A DNA stretch of 64,000 nucleotides from Gemmatimonadota bacterium (GCA_039584325.1 JBDGYA010000011.1:26045-90044), one strand, 5' to 3'. Numbered from the stretch's first letter, positions 50,476 to 60,033 are shown. A program made the numbers and translations. The notes: a model not told the origin generated them from the sequence alone.

Positions 50476-50745
50476 TCATCGGAGAAATTCCCGCAGGACC
50501 CGTCGGGCGATGAGATAGGTAAGGAGATACCACGCGGCGACGGCCACACCACTCACGGTCCGGGCCGTGGGATCGGGCGGCACGCGCAGCAGAACGTAGA
50601 CCCCGAGCGCCGCGGTCGACACCATGGCGATCAGGCGTGCGTAGCGCGTCGCCCGGCGCGCGGTCGTCTGTCGACACGCCGCGCAGAACTCGCCCAGCGG
50701 CAACTCGACGGGGCGATGGCAGCGCGGACACTCGTGCTCAACCAA
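50476..50745 (-). CDS. Small zinc-ribbon membrane protein (hypothetical)
   Basis: 'CPRCHRPVELPLGEFCAAC' is followed by two hydrophobic helices. The start is uncertain; TTG at 50745 overlaps the upstream stop, and the track ORF extension to 50874 lies inside the dehydrogenase gene. Confidence 0.45.
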   Translation of the reverse strand: MVEHECPRCHRPVELPLGEFCAACRQTTARRATRYARLIAMVSTAALGVYVLLRVPPDPTARTVSGVAVAAWYLLTYLIARRVLREFLR

Positions 50746-51754
50746 GCCGCCGGACAACGGCGTCCGTGAACTCCACCGTGGTAGCATCTCCGTGCAGGTC
50801 AGGGGTTCGGACTTCGTCCTCGCGAAGGGTCTGTACGATCGCTCGCTCCACACGCTGCGCCGCCACGGTCTCACCCAGATGGTCCAGGAGTTGGCACCCC
50901 GCGAGCATCAGGGCCGTGGGGTTTGCGATGCCCTTCCCCGCGATGTCGGGTGCGGAGCCGTGCACGGCCTCGAACAGCGCGACCTCCCCGCCGATGTTGG
51001 CACCCGGGGCCATGCCCAGCCCACCGACCAGACCAGCGATCTGGTCACTCAGAATGTCCCCGAACATGTTGGTCGTGAGGATCACGTCGAACTGCGTCGG
51101 ATGCAGGACGAGCTTCATGGCGGCGGCATCGATGATCACGTCGTCCACGTCAACACGACCGCGGTACTCCTCGGCGACGGCCCGCGCCGTATCGAGGAAC
51201 AGACCGCTCACCGTCTTCAGGATATTGGCCTTGTGGCAGATCGTGACCTTGTCGCGTCCGTGTCGGACGGCGTAGTCGAACGCGAATCGCGCAATGCGCT
51301 CGCAGCCGTGCCGGGTCACGATGGCCGTGGACTGTGCCACCGCCCGCGGGTCCCCGTCTACCGGAATGAACGTCTCGAACCCCACGTAGAGGCCTTCGGT
51401 GTTCTCCCGCACGAGCACGATGTCGATGTCCTCATAGCAGTACCCGGGCACGAGCGTGCAGGCGGGCCGGACGTTGGCGTAGAGATCGAACTCCCGCCGC
51501 AGGGCCACGTTCACTGACCGGAACCCGGTACCGACCGGTGTGGTCAGCGGCCCCTTGAGGGCGACCCCGGTCGTCCTGATGCTCTCGATGGTGGCGTCGG
51601 GCAGGGGCGTACCCGACCGCTCCAGGGCCGTGACGCCGCCCAGCTGCTCGTCCCACTCGAAGGCGATTCCCGTCGTCTCGAGCACTCGGCGTGTCACCGC
51701 CGTGATCTCGGGTCCGATTCCGTCGCCAGGGATGAGGGTGACCCGGTGACTCAT
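50738..51754 (-). CDS. NAD-dependent isocitrate dehydrogenase (isocitrate/isopropylmalate dehydrogenase family)
   Basis: 'VTLIPGDGIGPE', 'RSVNVALRREFDLYANVRP', 'NLFGDILSD'-type motif ('NMFGDILSD') and 'HGSAPDIAGKGIANP'. The start was trimmed to the ATG at 51754. Confidence 0.88.
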   Translation of the reverse strand: MSHRVTLIPGDGIGPEITAVTRRVLETTGIAFEWDEQLGGVTALERSGTPLPDATIESIRTTGVALKGPLTTPVGTGFRSVNVALRREFDLYANVRPACTLVPGYCYEDIDIVLVRENTEGLYVGFETFIPVDGDPRAVAQSTAIVTRHGCERIARFAFDYAVRHGRDKVTICHKANILKTVSGLFLDTARAVAEEYRGRVDVDDVIIDAAAMKLVLHPTQFDVILTTNMFGDILSDQIAGLVGGLGMAPGANIGGEVALFEAVHGSAPDIAGKGIANPTALMLAGCQLLDHLGETVAAQRVERAIVQTLREDEVRTPDLHGDATTVEFTDAVVRRLG

Positions 51755-52383
51755 GGCAGATCCGGGACCAGTGTCGTGAGTGCGTCCCACAGCGCGTCCC
51801 ACGGGGCGGCGCCCTCGCCCGCCGCCACGCTACGCCAGGCGAGAGTGCCGAACCGGACGTCGACCAGCACGAGCGTCAGCTCAGCCGCACCGAGGCCCTC
51901 GGGCGTCGGCGTGAACGTCAGCACCGCCGGTACCAGCGCGTAGCGGTCTCCGGCGACACCGATCAGGTTGCGCAACTGACTGCGGAGCGGATCGGGGATC
52001 TGCTCAATGCCTTCCGCACGAAGCAGCGCGGTGCCCATCTTGTCCGGGTCGGTCAGCATGCCGGGAGCCTGCGCCGCCGCAGCCCGCAGCCGCTCCGGCA
52101 GGATCCACTCCGCCTCGGGCGCCCGCTCCAGCAGGAAGTCCTCGATGACGCTGTCGGCCCGCTGCTTGGCGTCCTCGCGGCTTCCCACAGCGTCGCTCCA
52201 GCCCAACGCCGGGTCGGTGGCGACCAGCGTCAGGGGGAAGAGCGCCACTTGCCGTCCAGCGATCACCGGGGTCGGGAGCGGCAGTGACACCGGGGCCACG
52301 TCCTCCTCCGGCTGCGAGCCGCCGCAGCCGGCGAGCGAGAATGCCAGCACCATGGCCAGCAGATGAATCATGCGTTGCGCCAT
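51751..52383 (-). CDS. Lipoprotein (hypothetical)
   Basis: Canonical lipobox 'LAFSLAGCGG'. Its stop overlaps the downstream start (ATGA). Confidence 0.6.
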   Translation of the reverse strand: MAQRMIHLLAMVLAFSLAGCGGSQPEEDVAPVSLPLPTPVIAGRQVALFPLTLVATDPALGWSDAVGSREDAKQRADSVIEDFLLERAPEAEWILPERLRAAAAQAPGMLTDPDKMGTALLRAEGIEQIPDPLRSQLRNLIGVAGDRYALVPAVLTFTPTPEGLGAAELTLVLVDVRFGTLAWRSVAAGEGAAPWDALWDALTTLVPDLP

Positions 52384-53135
52384 CGTGGGTCCCGTTTCTC
52401 TAAGAAGGCCTCGATCCCTTCCTGTGCGTCGGCGAGCGACATGAGCTCGCGTAGGTACAGGTTCTCCGCCTTGTAGAGCGCTTCTTCGTACGCTGCGTAA
52501 TACGACTCCGTCTGCGCCCGCTTGGCGAGCTTGAGCACCGGCCCCGACTTGTTGGTGAGCGAGCGGACGAGACCCTCGAGCTCAGCATCGAACCGATCGT
52601 CCGGATAGATGCGGTTGACGAGCCCGTACGTCTCGAGCTCCCGTGCAGCGATCTCCTCGCCGGTGAGTATCCACTCCATCGCCTTGCGGCGCGGGGCCGC
52701 GCGGGGCAGCACCACGCACGCAAGCGGGGGGAAGACGCCGAACTGCACCTCCGGCAGCGCAAAGCGCGCCGATTCCGACGCGACGACCAAGTTGCATCCC
52801 AGGGCCAGCTCGAAGCCGCCACCGAGCGCCGGCCCCTCGACGGCGGCCACCGCGATGACATCCAACAGTCGGATCGACTCGAAGATCCGGTGAAACACCT
52901 GGATCATCCGAGCGACCTTCTCCTTGGTGTGATCGGCCAGGTCCACGCCCGCACAGAACGCACCTCCGCGGCCCCGGATGAGGAGCACCTTGAGCTCCGG
53001 CCGATTGCGCAGCTCGAGGAGCGCGTCATTCATCTGCTCCATCATCGCGATGCTCAGCACGTTGAGAGGAGGACGGTCGAGCATCAGGGTCGCGACGTCA
53101 TTCTCCCACGTGAGCTCAACGTAGCGCTCACTCAC
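52368..53135 (-). CDS. Enoyl-CoA hydratase/isomerase (crotonase) family protein
   Basis: GTG at 53135 follows GAGGAG. 'LDRPPLNVLS', 'FCAGVDL' and 'GPALGGGFELALGCN' oxyanion-hole motifs. Confidence 0.88.
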   Translation of the reverse strand: MSERYVELTWENDVATLMLDRPPLNVLSIAMMEQMNDALLELRNRPELKVLLIRGRGGAFCAGVDLADHTKEKVARMIQVFHRIFESIRLLDVIAVAAVEGPALGGGFELALGCNLVVASESARFALPEVQFGVFPPLACVVLPRAAPRRKAMEWILTGEEIAARELETYGLVNRIYPDDRFDAELEGLVRSLTNKSGPVLKLAKRAQTESYYAAYEEALYKAENLYLRELMSLADAQEGIEAFLEKRDPRWRNA

Positions 53136-53182
53136 ATGCGTTCTCCTCGAGGATAGGGCAACCGGACGGACTGCGGAGCACG

Positions 53183-53977
53183 CTAGCGCAGCGTGTACCC
53201 GCCGTCCACAAAGATAACGTGTCCCGTGATGTGTCGAGCGTCGTCGGAGCACAGGAAGATGACGACATGTGCGATGTCCTCCGGTTCGGCAATGCGCCCG
53301 AGGACAGATTCGTGCTCCGCATCCTGCAGTACCTCCGGTGGGAGGGTCCCGATGAGCTCCGTGCGCACGAAGCCGGGGGCAACCGCATTTACGTTGACGT
53401 TGTACGCGCCCAGCTCGACCGCCGCGGCCTTGGTGAGTCCGACCACGCCCGCTTTCGAGGCGGCGAAGTTCGACAGTCCGAAGCCGGGATACGACGCCTG
53501 GTGCGACGTTATACTGACGATCTTTCCGTACCGCTGCTCGCGGAGATAGGGGGCGACGGCCCGGATCGCGTTGAAGCTCCCCGTGAGGTTCGTCTGCACG
53601 ACATCGAGCCAGGCGTTATCCGGCATGCGCCAGAGCGCCGCGTCGCGGTGAATACCGGCGTTGTTCACCAGGTAGTGGAGTCCACCCAGCTCGGCGTGTG
53701 CCTCGGCGACGAACCGCTCGACGGCACGGCGATCCCGTACGTCACAGTACGCGCCATAGACCTCGACTCCGAAGCCACGCAGGGCGGTTTCCGTGAGTAA
53801 CGCTTGAGCGGAGATATCCCGGTCGGGCATCTCGACGTAGTTGAAGGCCACGTTGACGCCGCGGCGGGCGAACTCGAGCCCGATGGCCCGTCCCAGACCG
53901 GTAGCACCTCCCGTGATGAGCGCCGTGTGCCCGCGCATCTCCCGTCGCTCGAGGCGCTGCGACTGCGCCTCTTCCAC
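53183..53977 (-). CDS. SDR-family oxidoreductase (FabG-like)
   Basis: 'ALITGGATGLGRAI', 'NNAG' and the 'S...Y..SK' catalytic pattern ('YAASKAG'). The start is ambiguous (GTG 53977 or ATG 53938). Confidence 0.9.
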   Translation of the reverse strand: MEEAQSQRLERREMRGHTALITGGATGLGRAIGLEFARRGVNVAFNYVEMPDRDISAQALLTETALRGFGVEVYGAYCDVRDRRAVERFVAEAHAELGGLHYLVNNAGIHRDAALWRMPDNAWLDVVQTNLTGSFNAIRAVAPYLREQRYGKIVSITSHQASYPGFGLSNFAASKAGVVGLTKAAAVELGAYNVNVNAVAPGFVRTELIGTLPPEVLQDAEHESVLGRIAEPEDIAHVVIFLCSDDARHITGHVIFVDGGYTLR

Positions 53978-54109
53978 GACGGCAGAGCCAGACTGCGGCT
54001 CTCGGTGTGAACTGAACTCGGCGGGATCAGAGGATTCGTACGGGATGGCATACCCCCGGAGGGCGAGAGTTCGAACGTATCCGAGTCTGAGCCGCGCGGC
54101 AATACCCGG

Positions 54110-55864
54110 TCACGGCGCTGCGTCCGCTTGGCGCCGCACCGCCTTCCGCACCGCTCCCACCGCCTCGAAGACCAGCCACAGCTCCAGCACGAAGATGGCC
54201 CCGCCCACGGCGAGGAGGAGCGCCTGGCTCTCCGTGTGGTACCGCAGCAGGTTCACGACCATCGCCCAGGTGGTCATGAACAGCAGGAACGCCATGGGGA
54301 CGACCGTCACCCAGATGGGCCGGCGGAGTCGTGCCAAAAACAGCGTGATGACGAGGAGCGTGAGCGCGCCGGTGAGCTGGTTCGTCGTCCCGAAGAGCGG
54401 CCAGAGCCGCATGCCACCGGCACCCCGGTCGATGCCGAGGGCCAGTACCGCACAACTCGACACCGCGACGAAGGTCGCCACCCACCGGTTCTGCGCGATC
54501 CGGACCCGGTACTGTGCTCCCAGCTCGGAGATGATGTACCGCTGGAGGCGCACTCCGGTGTCCATGGTGGTGGCGGCGAACGAAATCACGACCACCGCCG
54601 CGAAGATCACGGCGACGTTGTGCGGAATCCCGATGCCTTCCGCCAGAACGCCGACCCCGTTCACGAACGCCGTCGTCGCACCGGTGGACGCCCGGGACCA
54701 GGTCGCATAGTGCTCGACCCATCCCTCCCGACCGACAAACAGCGCAAACCCTGCTGTCGTCGCGATGATGGACGTCAGCGCCAGCGTTCCCTCACCTACC
54801 ATGCCACCGTAGCCCACATATCGCGCATCGGTCTCTCGGTTGAGCTGCTTGGCCGACGTGCCCGACGCGACGAGGCCGTGAAAGCCGCTGACGGCACCGC
54901 ACGCGATGGTGATGAAGAGGAGCGGGAACCAACCGGGCGCATCCGGAGGCAACGACCGATTCACGGCTGGGGCGACGACCGGCGGATTCACCACGAGCAC
55001 CCCGAGGAGGATGATGCCGAGCGCGACGAACAGCTGGTGGCTGTTGACGTAGTCCCTCGGCTGCAGCAGCAGCCACACTGGCAGTACGCTGGCGAAGAAG
55101 GCATAGACGAAGAGAACGATCACCCACCCGGTCCGCACTCCGTCGACGCGGGCTGCTTCCTGCGCACGGGCCAGATCTCCGCCAGCGGCTGAGACCTGCG
55201 CGGCCGTCGGGGCGAACCCGAAGACGTCGGGCAGAGCGAACCCGGCGTACTGGCCGATCCAGATCAGGACGTAAAGGAGCAACAGCGCCGCGAGCGACGG
55301 CCACAGGATACGGATCCGCATCCTGTAGATGAGCAGACCGACGATGATCGCGATGACGAGGCTTCCCCACACGGGTAGGACCGCGCCGTGGTTCGCGATG
55401 AACAGGTTGGCGATCACCACCGCGAAGACCGCGTTCACCAGGAGGAGCAGGAAGAAGATGATCAGGAGAAACAGCACGCGCGCGCGGCCCCCGATGATCT
55501 GCTCCGTGAGCGTGCCGATCGACTGTCCCTTGTGGCGCGTCGAGATCCACAGAGCACCGAAGTCGTGCACCGCGCCCGCGAACACGGTCCCCAGCACGAC
55601 CCACAGGAAGGCGGGCAGCCATCCCCAGATCACGGCGATCGCCGGACCGACAATCGGTGCGGCGCCGGCAACCGAGGTGAAGTGGTGGCCGAACAGCACG
55701 TGGCGGTTCGTGGGGAGATAGTCCACGCCGTCCTGAAGCTCGTGCGCCGGCGTGATGAAGTCGGGATCGAGCCGATAGATGTGACGTGCGATGTAACGGG
55801 AGTAGACGAGGTAGCCGGTCAGAAAGGCCGAGAGCCCGACGAACAGCAGTGCGATTGCGCTCAA
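54110..55864 (-). CDS. cstA: Carbon starvation protein A (peptide/pyruvate transporter family)
   Basis: 'LFGHHFTSVAGAAPIVGPAIAVIWGWLPA' and 'GAVHDF' signatures. Polytopic. Confidence 0.93.
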   Translation of the reverse strand: MSAIALLFVGLSAFLTGYLVYSRYIARHIYRLDPDFITPAHELQDGVDYLPTNRHVLFGHHFTSVAGAAPIVGPAIAVIWGWLPAFLWVVLGTVFAGAVHDFGALWISTRHKGQSIGTLTEQIIGGRARVLFLLIIFFLLLLVNAVFAVVIANLFIANHGAVLPVWGSLVIAIIVGLLIYRMRIRILWPSLAALLLLYVLIWIGQYAGFALPDVFGFAPTAAQVSAAGGDLARAQEAARVDGVRTGWVIVLFVYAFFASVLPVWLLLQPRDYVNSHQLFVALGIILLGVLVVNPPVVAPAVNRSLPPDAPGWFPLLFITIACGAVSGFHGLVASGTSAKQLNRETDARYVGYGGMVGEGTLALTSIIATTAGFALFVGREGWVEHYATWSRASTGATTAFVNGVGVLAEGIGIPHNVAVIFAAVVVISFAATTMDTGVRLQRYIISELGAQYRVRIAQNRWVATFVAVSSCAVLALGIDRGAGGMRLWPLFGTTNQLTGALTLLVITLFLARLRRPIWVTVVPMAFLLFMTTWAMVVNLLRYHTESQALLLAVGGAIFVLELWLVFEAVGAVRKAVRRQADAAP

Positions 55865-55931
55865 TGCCCAGCCTCCCGCGGACGCCGCAGTCGCCTAATG
55901 TAGGCCGCACCTCCTGCCGCCGCGAGACCGG

Positions 55932-56990
55932 TCACGGGATGCCGCGCCGCCCATCAGGAGCCAGATGTGCGACCAGTCGCCGGAGATCGTCGAGGCCGCG
56001 GACGTCGCGCGCGAGCAGCGGGACGTCCCGTCGCGGCACGTCGGCGAAGCGGCGCGCGATCTCCTGTCGCATCTCGAGCTGGCCGCCGTGACCCCCGATG
56101 CGCTCCGATGCGGGCTCCCCGGACAGGACGCGGTTGACCAGGATGGCTCCAACCGGAATGCCGTACCGTTGCAGCGTGCGCACCGCCCGATCCGTCTCCG
56201 CAACCGGGAGCCACTCGGGAACCACCACGAAAACGAACGCCGTTCGTGCGACATCCGTCACCGTCGCCCGGGCTGCCGTGAAACGCGCCTTGCGCTCCTC
56301 CAGGGCTTCGAGGACGGGGTCGGTCACCTCGCGCTCCTCACCGGCCGCAGCGCCGGCCACGTTGCGCCACACACGGTGCAGTATGCCGAGCTTCCGTCGT
56401 CGGCCGATCAGGCCACCGATCCACGCTTGCAGGTGCTCCGGTAGGGCGAGCAGCCGCAGGGTGTGCCCCAGCGGGGCCGTGTCGAAGACCACGCGGTCGT
56501 ACGTCCGGCCGGCCTCTGCCATGAGCTGCGTGAAGCGGTCGAACAGTGCAGCCTCCTGGGCACCGGGGGTGACGCGCGCGATGTCGATCTGGCGCTCGAC
56601 CTCCGCAGCGAGACGGGGTGGTGTGGCGTCGGCGATTCGTGCCTTCACCTCGGCGATATACGCGTCGGCCGCCACGTCGGGATCGATCTCGGCAGCCCAC
56701 AGCGAGGGAAGGACCTCACGCGGCTCCGGTCCGAGCGGCACGCCGAGCGCGTCCGACGTCGAGTGTGCGGGATCCGTCGACACGAGCAGCGTTCGGCGAC
56801 CAGTCTCGGCGAGGAGCACCGCCGTGGCCGAGGCAAGCGTCGTCTTGCCGACGCCCCCCTTGCCACCGAAGAACAGCACCGGACGGTCGAGCACCTCGAC
56901 CCACCCCCCAACACGTGATCCTACCGGGTCTCTCAGCAACAGCGAAACCCGCCTTCCGGCGCTTGTGGCATGCCCATTCTCAGGTGCCAT
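55932..56990 (-). CDS. Single-domain ArsA/Get3 (TRC40)-family ATPase, cysteine-free
   Basis: P-loop 'GGKGGVGKTT', 'STDPAHS', and switch II 'DTAPLGHTLRLL'. The translated ORF contains no Cys. The start is uncertain; the ORF overlaps the upstream small gene, and later TTG/GTG starts are possible. Confidence 0.85.
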   Translation of the reverse strand: MAPENGHATSAGRRVSLLLRDPVGSRVGGWVEVLDRPVLFFGGKGGVGKTTLASATAVLLAETGRRTLLVSTDPAHSTSDALGVPLGPEPREVLPSLWAAEIDPDVAADAYIAEVKARIADATPPRLAAEVERQIDIARVTPGAQEAALFDRFTQLMAEAGRTYDRVVFDTAPLGHTLRLLALPEHLQAWIGGLIGRRRKLGILHRVWRNVAGAAAGEEREVTDPVLEALEERKARFTAARATVTDVARTAFVFVVVPEWLPVAETDRAVRTLQRYGIPVGAILVNRVLSGEPASERIGGHGGQLEMRQEIARRFADVPRRDVPLLARDVRGLDDLRRLVAHLAPDGRRGIP

Positions 56991-57229
56991 GCATGGAACT
57001 GTTCGATCAGCTCCGGATACAGCTCGAGGGTGTAGAACATCACCGGATTCGGTACGCCCAGCAGATCGCTGAATCCCGCCAGCAAGAACAGATCTCGCTC
57101 GCGCAGATACTGCCGATGGATCTGCGACCGGTAGGGCGCGATGTAGACGCCCTCGTAGACCTCCCGTGCCGCACGCAGCGCTCGACGCAGACGACGCCAG
57201 AACTCCTGCGGTGACCGGTGACCGTTCAC
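56933..57229 (-). CDS. Small protein ending in Cys-Cys-COOH (uncharacterised; possibly the 'CC-star' family)
   Basis: GTG at 57229 overlaps the MFS stop (GTGA). The 98-aa product ends '...PEGGFRCC*'. Its 3' end overlaps the ArsA-like ORF. The family name comes from my memory of NCBI annotation and is unverified. Confidence 0.6.
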   Translation of the reverse strand: MNGHRSPQEFWRRLRRALRAAREVYEGVYIAPYRSQIHRQYLRERDLFLLAGFSDLLGVPNPVMFYTLELYPELIEQFHAWHLRMGMPQAPEGGFRCC

Positions 57230-58419
57230 GTCCGGTACCGCCTCCCCAGAGAGGGGGGAGCGCCCCACGCGGTCAGCGCGAGCACGAGCGCGAGCGCTCC
57301 ACTCGCCACCAGTGCCACCGACGCTTCGGCCATCTCGTACACCACCCCCAGTGCAAGCGAACCGGGCAAGGCGGCCAGACCGACACCGGCGTGGTACAGT
57401 CCGAAACGGCTGCCCCTACGTGACCGCGCTCCGGCGGCAGAAACGAAGGAGCGCTCCGGCCCCTCGGTCGCGCCGGCCACGAGGCCGAAAACCATGAACC
57501 AGGCGGCCGCCGTCAGGGCGGTCGAGCTCCACGCCAGTCCGGCGGACACCAGCGCGTACAGCAACCACCCGAGCGCCATGGTGCTGCGCGGACCGATGCG
57601 ATCGCTGAGCCAGCCGCCGGGATAGCTCGCCGACGACCGCACGACGTGCAGCAGCGACCACAGGACGGGTACCAGGGCAACGGACACCCCGAGGTCCTGG
57701 AGTCGGAGCAGCAGCAACGTCTCGGGCATGCGCGCGAAGGCGAACGCGAGGATCAGACCAAACACCAGCCGTCCACCCCCCGAGGGCGGAACGACCTCGT
57801 CCGTCTGGTCAACCGTGGACTCGCCAGCCGGTCGCAAGTGGGTCAGTGCCCATGTCACGACGCCGACCGCCACGATCCCCGGAATCACGCTCCAGACGAT
57901 CACGTCCGCTGGCTCCATGCTCGCCCCTGCGATCAGCGCCCAGGCGACGAGCGGCCCCGCTACGGCTCCAGCATGGTCCATCGCCCGATGGAACCCGAAC
58001 GCACGCCCCCGCTGCGCCACCACCGTCGCATCGGCGATGACCGCGTCACGGGGAGGGTTGCGCAACCCCTTGCCAAGCCGGTCGGCCCCCCTGAGACCCA
58101 CCACGTGCCATGCCGCGCCTGCGAGGCCCATGACCGGCCGCGCGATACCCGCCACACCATACCCGATGACGACCAGCCCGCGGCGCCTGCCCGGGTGGTC
58201 CGCGAGTCGGCCGGAGAAGAGCTTCGCCGCAGCCGACGCTGCCTCGGCGATGCCGTCGAGGGCACCGAGCGCCACGGCCGTCCCGCCGAGACGCGCCGTA
58301 ACCAGCGCGGGGAGCAGCGGGTACACCATCTCACTGGCGAGGTCGTTGAAGAACGAGACGATGCCGAGGTGTCGGACGACCGGCGGCAGGGAGCGCGCCG
58401 AACGATCCGTGCTACTCAT
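57226..58419 (-). CDS. MFS transporter
   Basis: About 12 helices. 'FNDLASEMVYPLLP' and 'SGRLADHPGRRR' loop motifs. Confidence 0.85.
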   Translation of the reverse strand: MSSTDRSARSLPPVVRHLGIVSFFNDLASEMVYPLLPALVTARLGGTAVALGALDGIAEAASAAAKLFSGRLADHPGRRRGLVVIGYGVAGIARPVMGLAGAAWHVVGLRGADRLGKGLRNPPRDAVIADATVVAQRGRAFGFHRAMDHAGAVAGPLVAWALIAGASMEPADVIVWSVIPGIVAVGVVTWALTHLRPAGESTVDQTDEVVPPSGGGRLVFGLILAFAFARMPETLLLLRLQDLGVSVALVPVLWSLLHVVRSSASYPGGWLSDRIGPRSTMALGWLLYALVSAGLAWSSTALTAAAWFMVFGLVAGATEGPERSFVSAAGARSRRGSRFGLYHAGVGLAALPGSLALGVVYEMAEASVALVASGALALVLALTAWGAPPSLGRRYRT

Positions 58420-60025
58420 CCAGCCCGAGACCCCAGCGAATCAGGCTCACGGACAGACCACCGTACTGGAGCACTCGGTTGTGAAAGTCACGCAGGGTGA
58501 AGTCGCCGCCTCGCGCTGCCCGATACGCGTTGCGCAGGTCCAGGAGCTCCCGGCGTCCGGCGGCGTAGCACAACTGATAGACCGGTTCGGCACAGTACCG
58601 CCGAACCTCGGCTTCCGCGTGCGCGCGTTCGAAGTGTACGCGGTCCATCAGGAACGCAACGGCCTCCTCGATCGGCATGCCACGAGTATGCAGGCCGACG
58701 TCCAGCACGACGCGACACGCCCGCCACAGCAGCGCCACCTTCTGGAACAGATGCTCTTCGACCGAGCCGTAGAATCCCTCCTCTCCCATCATCTCCTCGC
58801 AGTAGAGCGCCCAACCCTCTACCGTGACGGCGGAGCTCAGCACTTTACGCGCGAGGCGGGGCTGCGCGTGCGCGGAGAGGAACTGGAGATGGTGCCCCGG
58901 ATAGCCCTCGTGCAGGGCCGTCCCCGGCAGCTCGTACGTGCAGTGATCGCGCAGCAGTCGCTCCTGCGCTGCCCCAACGCCAGCAGCATCGGGAGGGGTG
59001 ACATAGAACCAGCCGACACGGCTGTCCGAGAACGCCCCGGGGGGTTGGTACGCGGCGAAGGGAATCAACGGCCTCAGAAACGGCGGCGTCGCCACGACCT
59101 CGAGCGGCCCAGCCGGCATCGGCACCAGCTCCCGCTCCTCGACAAACCGGCGCGCCCGCTCCATCTGGTCGCGATATGCTCCGACCAGGGCGTCGCGGTC
59201 GGGATGCTGCGCCCGCAGCCGGCTGACCACGTCAGGCCACGGCGCATCCGGGTCGATCCGGCGCGCGACGTCCGCGATCTCCGCCTCGGTCGACTCCACG
59301 AGTGCCATCCCGAAGCGCCACAGCTCGGGCGCGGTCGCACGAAGGGAGTGCTGTAAGTGGAGTCGAAAGTCGAACGCCTCCTCGCCGATCGCGAAGCTTC
59401 CGTTCCCATCTTCTTCCAGATCGCTGTCCAGGCCGAGCGCGAAATCGGCCAACGCCGCCCGAGCATCCCGGCAGTGCCCGGGAAACTCCGCATCTCCCTC
59501 CGGGGCGAGCGTCTGCTCGACCTCGTCCACCAGCGAGAGCCCCTGCGCCACTACCCGAGACGCTGTGACAACGAAGACCGTAGGACAGTCCCGCAGTGTC
59601 TCGCGCGCCGCTCTGAGAAACGCCGGGATCTCGCGAACGCGCCCGGCCGCGGCGGCAGCTCTCGCCTCGCGTGGCGTAGACGTCGTTACGAGGAGGAGGT
59701 GCAGTCCCTCGAGCACATGTGAAGCCCAAAAGGTCGGGTTGCGGACGTGTGGCTGCTCGCGTTCGAACTGGTGGATCGAGGTGCGAATCTGCCCCAGCAG
59801 CGCCGTGCGATCCACTTCATCGTCGAGTGTCTCGACCTCGCAGTCTTCCAGTGAATTGCCGAGTGACTTGAATGCCGCCACATAGCGCTGAATATCCTCG
59901 TCAGCGTATCGGCCCAACCGGCCGTCGTAGCGGGTCACCCCGGCGGCCGTCGCCGCTACCGGATCCAGGTTCCACAGAAGATCACAGTAGGACTCGACGA
60001 GCTGCTGTAGGGCCGGCGCGGTCAC
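58412..60025 (-). CDS. DUF885-family protein
   Basis: 'ALHEGYPGHHLQ' motif and a length (537 aa) typical of DUF885. Confidence 0.8.
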   Translation of the reverse strand: MTAPALQQLVESYCDLLWNLDPVAATAAGVTRYDGRLGRYADEDIQRYVAAFKSLGNSLEDCEVETLDDEVDRTALLGQIRTSIHQFEREQPHVRNPTFWASHVLEGLHLLLVTTSTPREARAAAAAGRVREIPAFLRAARETLRDCPTVFVVTASRVVAQGLSLVDEVEQTLAPEGDAEFPGHCRDARAALADFALGLDSDLEEDGNGSFAIGEEAFDFRLHLQHSLRATAPELWRFGMALVESTEAEIADVARRIDPDAPWPDVVSRLRAQHPDRDALVGAYRDQMERARRFVEERELVPMPAGPLEVVATPPFLRPLIPFAAYQPPGAFSDSRVGWFYVTPPDAAGVGAAQERLLRDHCTYELPGTALHEGYPGHHLQFLSAHAQPRLARKVLSSAVTVEGWALYCEEMMGEEGFYGSVEEHLFQKVALLWRACRVVLDVGLHTRGMPIEEAVAFLMDRVHFERAHAEAEVRRYCAEPVYQLCYAAGRRELLDLRNAYRAARGGDFTLRDFHNRVLQYGGLSVSLIRWGLGLDE

Positions 60026-60033
60026 GGGACGAC

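Noticed and set aside
54069-54076. GTTCGAAC, a tRNA T-loop-like palindrome in the cstA-SDR intergenic region
   Set aside because: The flanking bases cannot form a T-stem, acceptor stem or anticodon arm on either strand, so it is not a tRNA.
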